A program made the translations under genes and the position numbers. Shown here piece by piece: positions 29,692-41,029 of a stretch of DNA of 64,000 nucleotides. Source of the DNA: an uncultured Aliarcobacter sp. (GTDB taxonomy: Bacteria > Campylobacterota > Campylobacteria > Campylobacterales > Arcobacteraceae); NCBI GenBank assembly GCA_963664305.2, contig CAXXLV010000001.1, positions 800,001 through 864,000 on the forward strand, read 5' to 3'. Within the stretch, counting starts at the first letter, position 1. Every line of letters begins with the position of its first letter. The notes beneath the pieces are model-generated. The model was not told the origin of the DNA and did no database searches. It saw only the letters and a list, made by a program, of their open reading frames with translations.

Positions 29692-31614
29692 TTATTGTAC
29701 AAATATAGTTGGTACTATCATTGGGTATTTTTTATATTTTCTTGTACAGTGTTTTCTTACAACTTTTCTTAATTCATCTTCTAAAATTTTATTATTCTTT
29801 AGAATACCTGGTTTTACATTTTCTAAGAATACAGATAATAAGTCTTCAATCTCTTTTGCAAAGTATTTATCTTGTTTGTCTGGAACTAATCCAAATGAAG
29901 TAACTTTAGGTCTTTGAGCAAGAGTTCTATCACTTTCATTGATTTGTGCAACAATCATAACAATACCTTCTTTAGCCATTGTTTGTCTATCTAAAATTAC
30001 ATCATCAGAGATTTTGTTGTTTAATTGGTTGTCAATATAAACTTTTCCTGATTTTACTGCTCTAACTTTCTTTAAATATTTTGGTGTAACTTCAATTTGT
30101 TCACCATCACTCATGATATAAACATTTCTTTCTAATACACCACAATCAATTCCTGTTTGACCATGTTTTAATGCATGATTATACTCTCCATGAACTGGTA
30201 AAAAGAATTTAGGTTTAACAAGTCTTAACATAAGTTTTTGTTCTTCTTGCGCAGCATGTCCAGAAACATGAATATCTGGATAATCTTGGTATGCAACTTT
30301 TGCACCTGCTTTTAAAAGGTGATTAATAATTTCAGAAACACTTGCTTCATTTCCAGGAATTGCTTTTGAAGATAAAATAATTTGATCATCAGGTTTTATT
30401 TTAATATGTCTATGTTCATGAATAGCCATTCTATAAAGAGCTGACATTGATTCACCTTGAGAACCAGTTGTAACAATTAAAACTTCTTTATCATTATATT
30501 TATTTACTTCATGCGCTTCAATAAATTGGTCTTTAGGGAATTTAATATAACCTAAATTCATAGCTATTTCTAAATTTTTTTCCATAGATCTACCAATAAC
30601 ACAGATTTTTCTGTTGTATTGTAAAGCTTTCTCGATAGCTTGAGCAACTCTATGAATATTTGAAGAGAAAGTTGACATTACAACTCTTCCTTTTGCCGTA
30701 GAGAAAATTCTATCAAACGTTGGTCCAACAGTTTTTTCTGTTCTTGTAAATCCAGGAGCATGTGAATTTGTTGAATCAGAAGTTAAAACTAAAACACCCT
30801 CTTCTCCATAATGTGCAAGTCTATGTAAATCTGTAGGGAAACCATCAATTGGTGTGTGGTCAATTTTAAAGTCACCTGTATGAATCATTGTTCCTGCTTC
30901 AGTTTTTATTGCAACTGCAGATGAATCAATAATTGAGTGAGTGATATGCATCCATTCTACTTCGAATTCACCAATTTTAATAGGAGTTCTTTTTTGAATA
31001 GCTCTAAAATATCCTCTATGTTCTCTCATTTTATGTTCATCAAATTTTGAACCAATCATTTCAAGTGGTAAAGAAGTACCATAAACTGGGAATTGCATCT
31101 CTTTAAATAGATATGGCATAGCACCTATGTGATCTTCATGACCATGTGTGATAATAACTGCAACAATTTTATCTTTGATTTCTCTAATATAAGTAAAATC
31201 AGGAATTAAAATATCAACACCATGCATTTCACCATCAGGAAAACTCATACCAACATCAATAATTAATGCTTGATTTTCAGTTTCAACAACCATCATGTTT
31301 CCACCGATTTCACCAAGACCACCAAGTGGAGTAATTCTAAGTTTAGCAGTTGTATTTAGATTTAGTTTATAGTGCGGATTTAATCTATCTCTATGAATTT
31401 TTTCATTGATTATATATGCTTTTTTTAAATCAGTAACCCAACCCTCTCCTCTATTTTGAGCAGGTTGTGCATCTTTAGCAACTTTTGGTTTAGGTTTTCT
31501 TTTTTTAAATGGAGGTTTCTTTCCCTCAACTGTTTCAACTGAATTTGTGTTTGTTTCTACAGTAGTTTCTTGCGAACTAGTTGTAGTTTGTTCTTCTTTG
31601 TTAATTTCTTCCAT
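29692..31614 (-). CDS. rnj: Ribonuclease J
   Basis: GGLGEIG, THGHEDHIG, HVSGH; disordered N-terminal extension. Confidence 0.95.
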   Translation of the reverse strand: MEEINKEEQTTTSSQETTVETNTNSVETVEGKKPPFKKRKPKPKVAKDAQPAQNRGEGWVTDLKKAYIINEKIHRDRLNPHYKLNLNTTAKLRITPLGGLGEIGGNMMVVETENQALIIDVGMSFPDGEMHGVDILIPDFTYIREIKDKIVAVIITHGHEDHIGAMPYLFKEMQFPVYGTSLPLEMIGSKFDEHKMREHRGYFRAIQKRTPIKIGEFEVEWMHITHSIIDSSAVAIKTEAGTMIHTGDFKIDHTPIDGFPTDLHRLAHYGEEGVLVLTSDSTNSHAPGFTRTEKTVGPTFDRIFSTAKGRVVMSTFSSNIHRVAQAIEKALQYNRKICVIGRSMEKNLEIAMNLGYIKFPKDQFIEAHEVNKYNDKEVLIVTTGSQGESMSALYRMAIHEHRHIKIKPDDQIILSSKAIPGNEASVSEIINHLLKAGAKVAYQDYPDIHVSGHAAQEEQKLMLRLVKPKFFLPVHGEYNHALKHGQTGIDCGVLERNVYIMSDGEQIEVTPKYLKKVRAVKSGKVYIDNQLNNKISDDVILDRQTMAKEGIVMIVAQINESDRTLAQRPKVTSFGLVPDKQDKYFAKEIEDLLSVFLENVKPGILKNNKILEDELRKVVRKHCTRKYKKYPMIVPTIFVQ

Positions 31615-32395
31615 TCTTTACCTTTGTATACATTTGGCTATACAAAGATGAACTTACTTCATGAGGTCTAACATTATCATCTACATTTAATTCTTTATAA
31701 ATTTCAGATATAGACTCTTTAGTTAAAAGTGATGTAAGATTTTTTGAAAGTTTTTTTCTTGGCTGAATAAAACAGGCCTTAAGAAACTTATTAAAATCTT
31801 TATCGAAACTTTTAGACATATCTTTTTTTATATAAAGAATTGAAGATATTACTTTTGGTGGAGGATCAAATGATTCAGGTGGAACATCAAAAAGTATTTT
31901 AGAATCAATAGAAATTAATTCTGTAATAATACCTAACGATGAATATTCCTTATCATTTACAGATGCAGTAAATTTTTCTGCAACCTCTTTTTGTACCATA
32001 ACAATAATATGTTCACAAGAAACATCTTCAAATGCTCTTAATATAATGTTTGTTGCAATATAGTATGGTAAGTTTGCTATCAAGTCATATTTACCATCAT
32101 GCAGGCTTTTTTGCTTATCCCAAGCCTCTAAAACATCAGTGTGGATCAGTTTTAGTTTACCCTCTTCTATCTCTATTGCAAATTTAGACTTTAAAATACC
32201 GATTAAATCAGTATCAACCTCATAAGCAGTTAAATCTTTGTACTTGACTAAATTTTTGGTCAAATCACCTAATCCAGGCCCAATTTCAACCACATAATTA
32301 TTGTTCATGGGCATCGATTGGATGATTTTATCCAAAATAGTCGTATCTTTTAAAAAGTTTTGTCCGTATTGTTTTTTTGCTTTTACTTTTTCCAT
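31601..32395 (-). CDS. rsmA: 16S rRNA dimethyladenosine transferase
   Basis: GQNFL, EIGPGLG, ANLPY. Confidence 0.95.
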   Translation of the reverse strand: MEKVKAKKQYGQNFLKDTTILDKIIQSMPMNNNYVVEIGPGLGDLTKNLVKYKDLTAYEVDTDLIGILKSKFAIEIEEGKLKLIHTDVLEAWDKQKSLHDGKYDLIANLPYYIATNIILRAFEDVSCEHIIVMVQKEVAEKFTASVNDKEYSSLGIITELISIDSKILFDVPPESFDPPPKVISSILYIKKDMSKSFDKDFNKFLKACFIQPRKKLSKNLTSLLTKESISEIYKELNVDDNVRPHEVSSSLYSQMYTKVKNGRN

Positions 32396-32468
32396 AATTG
32401 GGAAGAGTATATCTGCTTTTAACTTATAATTAGATAAGATAATTTTTAGTTATTACGAAGGATTTTAT

Positions 32469-33230
32469 TTGAGTAGTTTTGCAAAAAGAATAATACCATG
32501 TCTAGATGTTGATAATGGAAGAGTTGTAAAAGGCGTGAATTTTGTAGGTTTAAGAGATGCAGGAGATCCTGTAGAAGTTGCAAAAAGATATAACGCAGAA
32601 GGTGCAGATGAAATAACTTTTTTAGATATTACTGCAAGTCATCAAAATAGAGGAACGATTGTTGATATAGTAAAACAAGTTGCAAAAGAAGTTTTTATTC
32701 CTTTAACAGTTGGTGGGGGAATTAGAAAACTTGAAGATATTTATGCACTTTTAAATGTAGGTTGTGACAAAGTTTCAATTAACTCATCAGCAGTTTCAAA
32801 TCCAGATTTAATAAATGAAAGTTCAAAAAGATTTGGAAGTCAATGTATTGTTGTTGCAATTGATGTTAAAAGAGTTGCTGATGGTTCATACCATGTTTTT
32901 GTAAAAGGAGGACGTGAAGATACTGGACTTGACGCACTTGCTTGGGCAAAAGAAGTTTATGATAGAGGTGCTGGTGAAATACTTCTTACTTCTATGGATA
33001 CAGATGGTGCAAAAACAGGATTTGAATTAAATATTACTGAACAAATTTCAAAATTAGTTGATATTCCAGTAATTGCAAGTGGAGGAGCTGGATCTATGGA
33101 ACATATAAAAGAAGCATTTGAACATGGTGCTAGTGCTGCACTTGCTGCTTCAATTTTTCACTTTAAAGAAATTGATATTATGGATTTAAAGAGATATTTA
33201 AGAGCAAACAACATTCCTGTAAGGATATAA
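32469..33230 (+). CDS. hisF: Imidazole glycerol phosphate synthase subunit
   Basis: KRIIPCLDV...VVKGVNF; TTG start. Confidence 0.96.
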   Translation: MSSFAKRIIPCLDVDNGRVVKGVNFVGLRDAGDPVEVAKRYNAEGADEITFLDITASHQNRGTIVDIVKQVAKEVFIPLTVGGGIRKLEDIYALLNVGCDKVSINSSAVSNPDLINESSKRFGSQCIVVAIDVKRVADGSYHVFVKGGREDTGLDALAWAKEVYDRGAGEILLTSMDTDGAKTGFELNITEQISKLVDIPVIASGGAGSMEHIKEAFEHGASAALAASIFHFKEIDIMDLKRYLRANNIPVRI

Positions 33231-33231
33231 A

Positions 33232-33918
33232 ATGAAAATGAAATTATTTATGGGATTATTACTACCAATATTGGCATTTTCGTATGAAATAGAATTTAAT
33301 AAAAGTTTTTCAAAAGTAGTAAACCCAGATTTATTAACTACAAATGTAAATATAAGTGTTGAAAAAAAAGATGAAGTTAGAGTAAATAGTGAAATTGAAA
33401 AATTTAACGATTTTATTAAAAACAATAAAGAAGTGACTATAAAAAATGGAAGTTTTACTTTAAGTCCAAAATACAAATATTATGATAATAAACAAGAATT
33501 TATAGGATATATTGGAAATTTAAGATATTCAGTTGAGTCGAAAGATGCAAAAGAGTTAAACAGTTTTATGGATGAATTAATTGCTATAAAAGAAAGAATA
33601 AAGTCTGATGATATAAAACTTAATATTTCAAATGTTTCTTGGAAAGTAAGTGATGAATTACAAAATAAAAGTTTTGACAATTTAAGATTTGAATCAATAA
33701 CTTGGATTGAAAATTATGCAAATGTTTTATCTTCAAAATTATCAAAAAAATGTGAAGTTAAAAAAATAAATATAAATGAATTTAACAGTGGAAATATAGT
33801 GTATGCAAGAAGTGAAATGGCATTATCAAGTATGTCAAAATCTGTTGCAGATGTAGCTCCAATAAGTAGTGAACAAAATATTACAGTAAATCCAAACTTT
33901 ATTTTGGAGTGCAGATGA
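33232..33918 (+). CDS. SIMPL (DUF541)-like periplasmic protein
   Basis: Signal peptide; LSPKYKY...FIGY and C-terminal pattern typical of SIMPL. Confidence 0.65.
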   Translation: MKMKLFMGLLLPILAFSYEIEFNKSFSKVVNPDLLTTNVNISVEKKDEVRVNSEIEKFNDFIKNNKEVTIKNGSFTLSPKYKYYDNKQEFIGYIGNLRYSVESKDAKELNSFMDELIAIKERIKSDDIKLNISNVSWKVSDELQNKSFDNLRFESITWIENYANVLSSKLSKKCEVKKININEFNSGNIVYARSEMALSSMSKSVADVAPISSEQNITVNPNFILECR

Positions 33919-34451
33919 TTGTATGTGCAGGAAGAAATGAAACTTTCCCATTTGCTCATCCAATTGGTGTTGGATTAATTGAAAGTTCAATAAATCTTAC
34001 AAGAATGTGTCTATTTGATAAGCCTGACTTTTTACTTTTTGTTGGAAGTGCAGGAAGTTATGGTGAACATAAAATTTTTGATATAGTTGAGTCAAAAAGA
34101 GCATCAAATATTGAGTTAGGATTTTTAACAGAAAGTGCATATACACCTCTTGATAATGTCTTAGAATCAGAAAATAAATTTGCAAGAAATGATACCATCG
34201 TAAACTCTTCAAACTATATATCAACAAATGAAAAACTTTGTAAAGAGTTTTTAGAATATGGTGTTGGAATTGAAAATATGGAATTTTTTTCAGTTCTTAG
34301 TGTTGCAAAAGAGTTTGAAATTCCAGTTGCTGGAATTTTTGTAGTAACAAATTATACAAATGAAAATGCCCATGAAGATTTTATAAAAAATCACAAAGAG
34401 GCAATGGAAAAATTAACAAATTATTTAATAGAAAAAAATATAATAAAATAG
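33909..34451 (+). CDS. Nucleoside phosphorylase family protein
   Basis: IGVG, FVGSAGSY, ENME. Confidence 0.75.
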   Translation: MQMIVCAGRNETFPFAHPIGVGLIESSINLTRMCLFDKPDFLLFVGSAGSYGEHKIFDIVESKRASNIELGFLTESAYTPLDNVLESENKFARNDTIVNSSNYISTNEKLCKEFLEYGVGIENMEFFSVLSVAKEFEIPVAGIFVVTNYTNENAHEDFIKNHKEAMEKLTNYLIEKNIIK

Positions 34452-34470
34452 AAAATTGGAATAAATTATA

Positions 34471-35553
34471 ATGGCAAAAGAAGAATTATCATCAATTTAT
34501 GATTACACATTAGATGAATTAAAAGAAAAATTAAAACCATCATTTAGAGCAAAGCAAGTTTATAATTGGCTTTATAAAAAATATGCTAGTTCGTATGATG
34601 ATATGAAAAACTTACCAAATGAATTAAAAGAAGATTTAAAAGCAAACTATCCAATAGATATTATGCAAATTGTAAAAAAAGAACAAAGTAGAGATGGAAG
34701 TATAAAATATCTTTTTAAATTAAGAGATAATCATACAGTTGAAGCTGTACTTCTTTTAATGAAAGATAAAAAGATAGATGAAGATGGACAAATTGTAAGA
34801 AGTGAAAAATATACTGTTTGTATTTCTTCTCAAGTTGGCTGTAAAGTTGGCTGTAGTTTTTGTTTAACTGCAAAAGGTGGATTTGTAAGAAATCTTACAG
34901 TTGGAGAGTATATCGCTCAAATTGTAAATATAAAAAGAGATAATCAAATAGCTGAAAATAAAGCTTTAAATATCGTTTATATGGGAATGGGTGAACCTCT
35001 TGATAACTTTGACAATTTTACAAAAGCAGTTGAGATTTTCTCTGAACTTGATGGTTTAGCAATTAGTAGAAGAAGACAAACAGTTTCAACTTCAGGAATT
35101 GCAAGTAAAATCAAAAAACTTGGCGAAAAAGATTTAGGTATGCAATTAGCTATTTCTCTTCATGCAGTTGATGATGAGTTAAGAAGTGAATTAATTCCTA
35201 TGAATAAAGCTTATAATATTGCATCTATTATCGAAGCTGTTAAAGGCTTTCCTGTTGATACAAGAAAAAAAGTTATGTTTGAATATCTTGTAATAAAAGA
35301 TAAAAATGATTCAATAGATGCTGCTAGAAAATTGGTTACTTTATTAAATGGAATTCAAGCAAAAGTAAATTTAATTTACTTTAATCCATATCCTGGAACT
35401 ACATATCAGCGACCTGTTGAAGAAGATATGTTAAGATTCAAAGATTTTTTAAACCAAAAAGGTGTAATCTGTACAATCAGAGAATCAAAAGGACTTGATA
35501 TATCTGCTGCTTGTGGACAATTAAAAGAAAAGGAAGCAAATGGGAATTCTTGA
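34471..35553 (+). CDS. rlmN: 23S rRNA/tRNA m2A radical SAM methyltransferase
   Basis: [27 protein letters not shown]. Confidence 0.96.
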   Translation: MAKEELSSIYDYTLDELKEKLKPSFRAKQVYNWLYKKYASSYDDMKNLPNELKEDLKANYPIDIMQIVKKEQSRDGSIKYLFKLRDNHTVEAVLLLMKDKKIDEDGQIVRSEKYTVCISSQVGCKVGCSFCLTAKGGFVRNLTVGEYIAQIVNIKRDNQIAENKALNIVYMGMGEPLDNFDNFTKAVEIFSELDGLAISRRRQTVSTSGIASKIKKLGEKDLGMQLAISLHAVDDELRSELIPMNKAYNIASIIEAVKGFPVDTRKKVMFEYLVIKDKNDSIDAARKLVTLLNGIQAKVNLIYFNPYPGTTYQRPVEEDMLRFKDFLNQKGVICTIRESKGLDISAACGQLKEKEANGNS

Positions 35554-35638
35554 AATTTCTTTATTGATGTTTATAGCAATAGTGGTGATTGTAACGGGTG
35601 TAGGATTTTACATACAAAATAAAAAAGAGGAGAAATAA
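35540..35638 (+). CDS. 32-aa single-pass membrane microprotein
   Basis: [40 protein letters not shown]; fills the rlmN-gltX gap. Confidence 0.7.
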   Translation: MGILEISLLMFIAIVVIVTGVGFYIQNKKEEK

Positions 35639-35643
35639 TTTAA

Positions 35644-37053
35644 ATGGCAGTAACAAGATTTGCTCCAAGTCCAACTGGATATTTACATATTGGGGGATTA
35701 AGAACTTCATTATATAGTTATTTATGGGCTAGAAAAACTGGCGGAGAATTTAGATTAAGAATCGAAGATACAGACTTAGCAAGAAATAGTGAAGAAGCTA
35801 TGAAAGCAATTATAAATGCTTTTGAATGGGTTGGATTGAACTATGATGGTGAAGTATTTTATCAATCAAAAAGAACAGATATTTATAAACAATATATTGA
35901 TAAATTATTAGAAAGTGGAAATGCTTATAAATGTTATATGAGTAAAGATGAACTGGATGCTTTAAGAGCAGCTCAAGAAGCAGCAAAACAAACACCAAGA
36001 TATGATGGAACTTGGAGACCAGAAATTGGAAAAGTTTTACCTGAAATTCCAGCAGGTGTTGAACCAGTAATAAGAATAAAAGCTCCAACAACTGGAACAA
36101 TTGAGTTTGATGATGGTGTAAAAGGACATATGAAATTTGATGCAAATCAGGTTGATGATTATGTAATTGCAAGAAGTAATGGAATGCCTACTTATAACTT
36201 TGTAGTTGCTATTGATGATGCCTTAATGGGTATGACAGATGTAATTAGAGGAGATGACCACCTATCTAATACTCCAAAACAAATTGTAGTTTATAATGCT
36301 TTAGGATTTAAAGTTCCAAAATTTTATCATGTGCCAATGATAAATAATCCACAAGGGAAAAAACTATCTAAAAGAGATGGTGCAATGGATGTTATGGATT
36401 ACAAAAGAGAAGGATATTTAGCTGAAGCTTTACTAAACTTTTTAGTAAGACTTGGTTGGTCAAATGGTGACCAAGAGATTTTCTCTATGGAAGAAATGTT
36501 AGAACTATTTGACCCATCAAATATTAATAAATCTGCATCATCTTATAATGCTGAAAAACTTTTATGGTTAAATAGTGAATACATTAAAGCTGTTTCAAAT
36601 GATAGATTAATTGAAGAGTTAAAATTCTTTGATTTAGATTTATCAACTCATCCAAAAAGAACAGAACTTTTAGATTTATCTAAACAAAGAGCACAAACAT
36701 TAATTGAATTAAAAAAATCTATAACTGATATTTTAGATGTCCCAACATCTTATGAAGAAGCTGGAGTTAAAAAATTTGTAAAAGAAGATACAAAAGAATT
36801 TTTAGAAAAATATCTTGTTTTATTAGAAAAAAATAGAGAAATTTTATATGATGTTGCAAAAATTGAAGAGATAACTAAACCATTTATTTCTGAATTAGGA
36901 TTAAAATTTCCACAATTATTCCAACCAATAAGAATTGCATTAACTGGTGGAACGCAGGCTCCATCGGTATATGACATAATTTCTATACTTGGATTTGATG
37001 AAGTTTCTGCAAGATTAAATGAGGCTTTAAAAAGAAATTTTCAAAACTCTTGA
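35644..37053 (+). CDS. gltX: Glutamate--tRNA ligase
   Basis: RFAPSPTG, HIGG, KLSKR. Confidence 0.96.
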   Translation: MAVTRFAPSPTGYLHIGGLRTSLYSYLWARKTGGEFRLRIEDTDLARNSEEAMKAIINAFEWVGLNYDGEVFYQSKRTDIYKQYIDKLLESGNAYKCYMSKDELDALRAAQEAAKQTPRYDGTWRPEIGKVLPEIPAGVEPVIRIKAPTTGTIEFDDGVKGHMKFDANQVDDYVIARSNGMPTYNFVVAIDDALMGMTDVIRGDDHLSNTPKQIVVYNALGFKVPKFYHVPMINNPQGKKLSKRDGAMDVMDYKREGYLAEALLNFLVRLGWSNGDQEIFSMEEMLELFDPSNINKSASSYNAEKLLWLNSEYIKAVSNDRLIEELKFFDLDLSTHPKRTELLDLSKQRAQTLIELKKSITDILDVPTSYEEAGVKKFVKEDTKEFLEKYLVLLEKNREILYDVAKIEEITKPFISELGLKFPQLFQPIRIALTGGTQAPSVYDIISILGFDEVSARLNEALKRNFQNS

Positions 37054-37106
37054 TTATTTGAAAATAATCAGGCATAATGTTCTAACTTTTAAAAAGGATA
37101 GAATAG

Positions 37107-37373
37107 ATGAATATTTACGTAGGTAATTTATCATACAAAATGAATGATAAAGAGTTAGAAGGAATCTTCTCAAAGTTTGGTGCAGTGAAAAGTGCAAAAG
37201 TTATTATGGATAGAGAAACTGGAAAATCAAAAGGTTTCGGTTTTGTTGAAATGGCAGAAGCATCAGCTGGAAATCAAGCGATCGAAGCTTTAAATGGTAA
37301 TGAGTGCGAAGGTAGAACTTTAAGAGTTAACGAAGCAAAACCAAGAGAAGAAAGACCAAGAAGACAATTCTAA
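37107..37373 (+). CDS. RRM RNA-binding protein
   Basis: RNP2 IYVGNL and RNP1 KGFGFVEM. Confidence 0.93.
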   Translation: MNIYVGNLSYKMNDKELEGIFSKFGAVKSAKVIMDRETGKSKGFGFVEMAEASAGNQAIEALNGNECEGRTLRVNEAKPREERPRRQF

Positions 37374-37595
37374 TTAAGTTTATGTAGTGCTTTAGCACTA
37401 CAAACTTTACAGCCTAAAATTAACTTTTATAAAAAGTTAATCATCCAAATCTATAAATTTAAGACTAAAGCTCCTATTTAAAGAAGAATTTTATATTTGT
37501 AGATACTAATAGATTAGTTATTTGTAGGAGTTTTAGTATCCCTACTTTCTAAATTTTTATTGAAATTTATAATACAATTCATATTGAGGATTTGT

Positions 37596-38258
37596 ATGAA
37601 AATTTTGTTGCTTGAAGATGATTTTATTTTAAATGAGATAATAGAAGAACACTTAGTTTCACAAAACTATGAAGTTGTTACAGCTTACAATGGAAATGAA
37701 GCCCAAGAACTTTTGTATTCTCAAACTTTTGACTTATTACTTTTAGATGTAAATGTTCCAGATATAAATGGTTTTGAACTTTTAAGTGATTTAAGAGTTC
37801 AAAACATTAAAACGCCAGCTATTTTTATTACGTCATTAAATATGGCAGATGATATGCAAAAAGGTTTTGATAGTGGTTGTGATGACTATATTAAAAAACC
37901 CTTTGAATTAAAAGAATTAGACTTACGAATAAACAATATTAAAAGACTTTTTAATATTTCTCCTATAAATTTAATAAATATTTCTCCAAATATAAACCTT
38001 GATACACAAAATCTTTTAATTATTAGAGATAAAGAAAAAATTCATATTGCAAAAAAAGAGTCTGAAGTTTTACAATATTTGATAAATAACTCAATAAAAA
38101 CAGTAAGTATTGATGAACTAAGTATGAATATTTGGGCATATGAAGAAACACCAAACGCATCAACAGTTAGAACCTATATAAAAAATTTACGTAAAATTTT
38201 AGGAGAAGAACAAATCTTAAATATACGAGGAGTTGGTTATAGATTTAACAAAAAGTGA
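37596..38258 (+). CDS. OmpR-family response regulator (CrdR-like)
   Basis: ATG 37596 after GAGGA reads MKILLLEDD; receiver plus winged helix (IRGVGY). Confidence 0.9.
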   Translation: MKILLLEDDFILNEIIEEHLVSQNYEVVTAYNGNEAQELLYSQTFDLLLLDVNVPDINGFELLSDLRVQNIKTPAIFITSLNMADDMQKGFDSGCDDYIKKPFELKELDLRINNIKRLFNISPINLINISPNINLDTQNLLIIRDKEKIHIAKKESEVLQYLINNSIKTVSIDELSMNIWAYEETPNASTVRTYIKNLRKILGEEQILNIRGVGYRFNKK

Positions 38259-39387
38259 AAAAATCACACTATTTAGATTTCTATTTTTGTATTTAGGCTC
38301 TTCGTTAATTTTGATGTTAATAACTATATTTTTTTATTATCAAAATGAAAAGACTTTATTTATTGATTTAATAAAATCAAATATGCAAAATATTACTTCA
38401 AAAATTTCAAATGAAGTAATTGTTTCTCATATGATGGGCACAAACTTTGATAAAGATAAATACTTAAATTCAAAAGAGTACAAAATATCTTTTTATAATA
38501 AGAATAAAGAGCTAATTTATGGTAATTTTGATGAAAAAGTAGATTTTAGTCAGAAGTTTATCTTTGATGAAAAATCATTAATTTTAGTAGATAATTCAAC
38601 AGTAGGACATTTAGGTATTGAATATATTGTTTTAAAAGATATTAGTTTAGAAGTGAAGATTTATGAGTTGAAAATATCTATAATTTTGATTTTTTTAGCT
38701 TTTTATTCTTTAGTTACAATAATTGGTTTTTATCTTGCTAAGTTATTTTTAAAACCAATAAAAGATGAAAGAATAAAGTTAAATAATTTTATAAAAGATA
38801 CAACCCATGAACTAAATACTCCAATAAGTGCAATTATGATGTCAACAGAGAGTGAAAACTTATCTTCAAAACAAATAGAAAGAATAAAACTAAGTGCTAA
38901 AAGAATAAGTGAAATTTATAAAGATTTAACTTATATATTTTTAGAGAATAAAGAGATAAAAAAAGATAAAAAAGAGTTAGATTTATCTTTACTTATTAAA
39001 GAACAAATTGATAATTTTGAACCTCTATTTTTAAAAAAGAAGATAGAAGTTTTAACACAATTAGAATCGACTTCTTATAAGATTGATAAAGATGATTTTA
39101 TTAGATTATTTAACAATCTTTTTTCAAATGCAATAAAATATAATAAAATTAATGGAAAAATAGAAATATCACTAAAAAATAGAGTTTTAAGTATTAAAGA
39201 TAGTGGAATAGGAATAAAAAAAGATAAATTAAAAGATATTTACAAAAGATATTATAGAGCAACAACACAAAATGGTGGTTTTGGTTTAGGATTAAACATT
39301 GTAAATATGATATGCAAAAGTTATAATATAAATATTGAAGTTGAATCCATAGAAAATGAAGGGACAATTTTTAAGTTATATTTTTAA
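38233..39387 (+). CDS. Sensor histidine kinase (CrdS-like)
   Basis: 2 TM segments; THELNTP, NAIKY, GFGLGL. Confidence 0.9.
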   Translation: MVIDLTKSEKITLFRFLFLYLGSSLILMLITIFFYYQNEKTLFIDLIKSNMQNITSKISNEVIVSHMMGTNFDKDKYLNSKEYKISFYNKNKELIYGNFDEKVDFSQKFIFDEKSLILVDNSTVGHLGIEYIVLKDISLEVKIYELKISIILIFLAFYSLVTIIGFYLAKLFLKPIKDERIKLNNFIKDTTHELNTPISAIMMSTESENLSSKQIERIKLSAKRISEIYKDLTYIFLENKEIKKDKKELDLSLLIKEQIDNFEPLFLKKKIEVLTQLESTSYKIDKDDFIRLFNNLFSNAIKYNKINGKIEISLKNRVLSIKDSGIGIKKDKLKDIYKRYYRATTQNGGFGLGLNIVNMICKSYNINIEVESIENEGTIFKLYF

Positions 39388-39421
39388 CTCCACACAAACT
39401 GCACATAGTATTTGATAAAAT
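39388..39421 (+). promoter_or_regulatory. Putative response-regulator direct repeat plus extended -10 of the copper efflux operon
   Basis: CTCCACA-caaa-CTGCACA (11-bp period), 10 nt, then TAAAAT preceded by TGa. Confidence 0.6.
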
Positions 39422-39449
39422 TTTTTCATAAATATTTCAAGGAGAAATT

Positions 39450-39833
39450 ATGAAAAACCTTTTCAAAATAATTCTAACTTTAGTTCTTGCATTAAATTTT
39501 TTAAATGCAGAGCCAATAAATCAAAATGGTGAAAAAGATGGTTACAATGTTACATTGATGAGTGAAAAATCACTTGTTGTTGGAGATAATGAATTTGTAA
39601 TCAAGTTAGCTAAAGATGAAAAAAATGTAACAACAGCAAAAGTTAAAATAAAATTCTTTATGCCTGAAATGCCAGGAATGCCATATATGGAACATGAAGA
39701 AAAAGCTGAGTTAGTTGATGGTGTTTATAAAACAAAAGTTAATTTCTCAATGGCTGGTACATGGCAATATCAACTTAAATTCAAAACAGATGATGATGTT
39801 GTTCATACAATTAGAGGAAGCGTAAATATCTAA
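39450..39833 (+). CDS. Periplasmic YtkA/FixH-like copper resistance protein (CrdA-like)
   Basis: Signal peptide; Met-rich MPEMPGMPYM; FSMAGTW. Confidence 0.8.
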   Translation: MKNLFKIILTLVLALNFLNAEPINQNGEKDGYNVTLMSEKSLVVGDNEFVIKLAKDEKNVTTAKVKIKFFMPEMPGMPYMEHEEKAELVDGVYKTKVNFSMAGTWQYQLKFKTDDDVVHTIRGSVNI

Positions 39834-41029
39834 TGTTAAAAATAGTTTTAGCTTCATCATTAACTTTATCACTTTTAAGTGCAATATCAATTGATGAATT
39901 GGTTAATTCTACATTTGAAAATAGTTATGATTTAAAAAGTGTAGAAAAATCTATTGAAGTTGCAAATCAACAAATATCAATTGCAAAAAAGTGGCAAAAT
40001 CCAGTATTGTCTATGGGAATAAATGATGTATGGATAAATGATTTTAGTTCACGAAATAAAGAGGCGATGCAAGCCTCTTTTATAGGAATTTCTCAAGTAA
40101 TTCCAACAGGAGATAAACTTGATATAAAAGAAAAAATTGCTTCTAAAGAGAAAAATATAAAGCTTTATGATTTTGAAGATAAGAAGTTAGAACTTACATC
40201 AAAAATAAATGAGTTGGTTTATAATATCTTGTTATCAGAGGAAAAATATAAACTTTTAGAAGAGTACGAAAAAAACTTGGAAAAATTAGAGAGTTTATAT
40301 GGTTCTTTATATAAATATCAAAAAGCAACTCAAAATGAGATAATAAATTCTCAAATCTCAACAGTTGAATTAAAAATACAAAAACAAAATCTAAAGAATT
40401 TAATAGATAATTCATACTTAAAATTAGAACAAATAACATATACAAAAATAGACAAAATTGATGAAAAAATAGATATAAAAAAAGTTGATTTGTTGATTGA
40501 AAATTCTTCTCATCCAAAATTTAAAAGTTTAGAAGAGAGTTCATCAAAACAGCAAAGTATAGCTGAATTAGAAAGAGCAAAAAAGATTCCAGATGTTCAA
40601 GTAAGTTTGGCATATTTCCAAAGGGATGATAAATTTAATGATTATGTAAATATGGCTGTTTCTATTCCTCTACCAATTTATGACACAGAAAATGTTACAA
40701 GAGTTCAAGCAAAAATGAGTGCGAATGAAACAAATGATAAATTGGAACAACTAAAACACAATTTTGAAATTCAATCAAAAATATTAAAGAATAATTTAAA
40801 TAATGCTTATGAAAATTATAATTTAATAGGTCAAAAGATAATTCCATTAAAAGAAAAGATACAAAAAAATATTGAAACATATAATAGTTTTGATGATGTT
40901 AAACCACAAGAAAGTATTAAAAACCTAAATGATTTAATCACTTATCAAATGAAAGCAATTGATGAGCAACAAAAATATTATGAAGCCTATTCAGGATTAA
41001 TTTACTATGCAAATAAAGGTATCAAATGA
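39833..41029 (+). CDS. TolC-family outer membrane efflux protein (CrdB-like)
   Basis: Signal peptide; NPVLS, IPD and SIPLP motifs; operon context. Confidence 0.85.
   Translation: MLKIVLASSLTLSLLSAISIDELVNSTFENSYDLKSVEKSIEVANQQISIAKKWQNPVLSMGINDVWINDFSSRNKEAMQASFIGISQVIPTGDKLDIKEKIASKEKNIKLYDFEDKKLELTSKINELVYNILLSEEKYKLLEEYEKNLEKLESLYGSLYKYQKATQNEIINSQISTVELKIQKQNLKNLIDNSYLKLEQITYTKIDKIDEKIDIKKVDLLIENSSHPKFKSLEESSSKQQSIAELERAKKIPDVQVSLAYFQRDDKFNDYVNMAVSIPLPIYDTENVTRVQAKMSANETNDKLEQLKHNFEIQSKILKNNLNNAYENYNLIGQKIIPLKEKIQKNIETYNSFDDVKPQESIKNLNDLITYQMKAIDEQQKYYEAYSGLIYYANKGIK

Noticed and set aside
37560..37595. ORF-track N-terminal extensions (regulator at 37560, rpmE at 52615, flavoprotein at 24100)
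   Set aside because: Downstream ATGs match the family N-termini (with clear RBSs for the regulator and rpmE)
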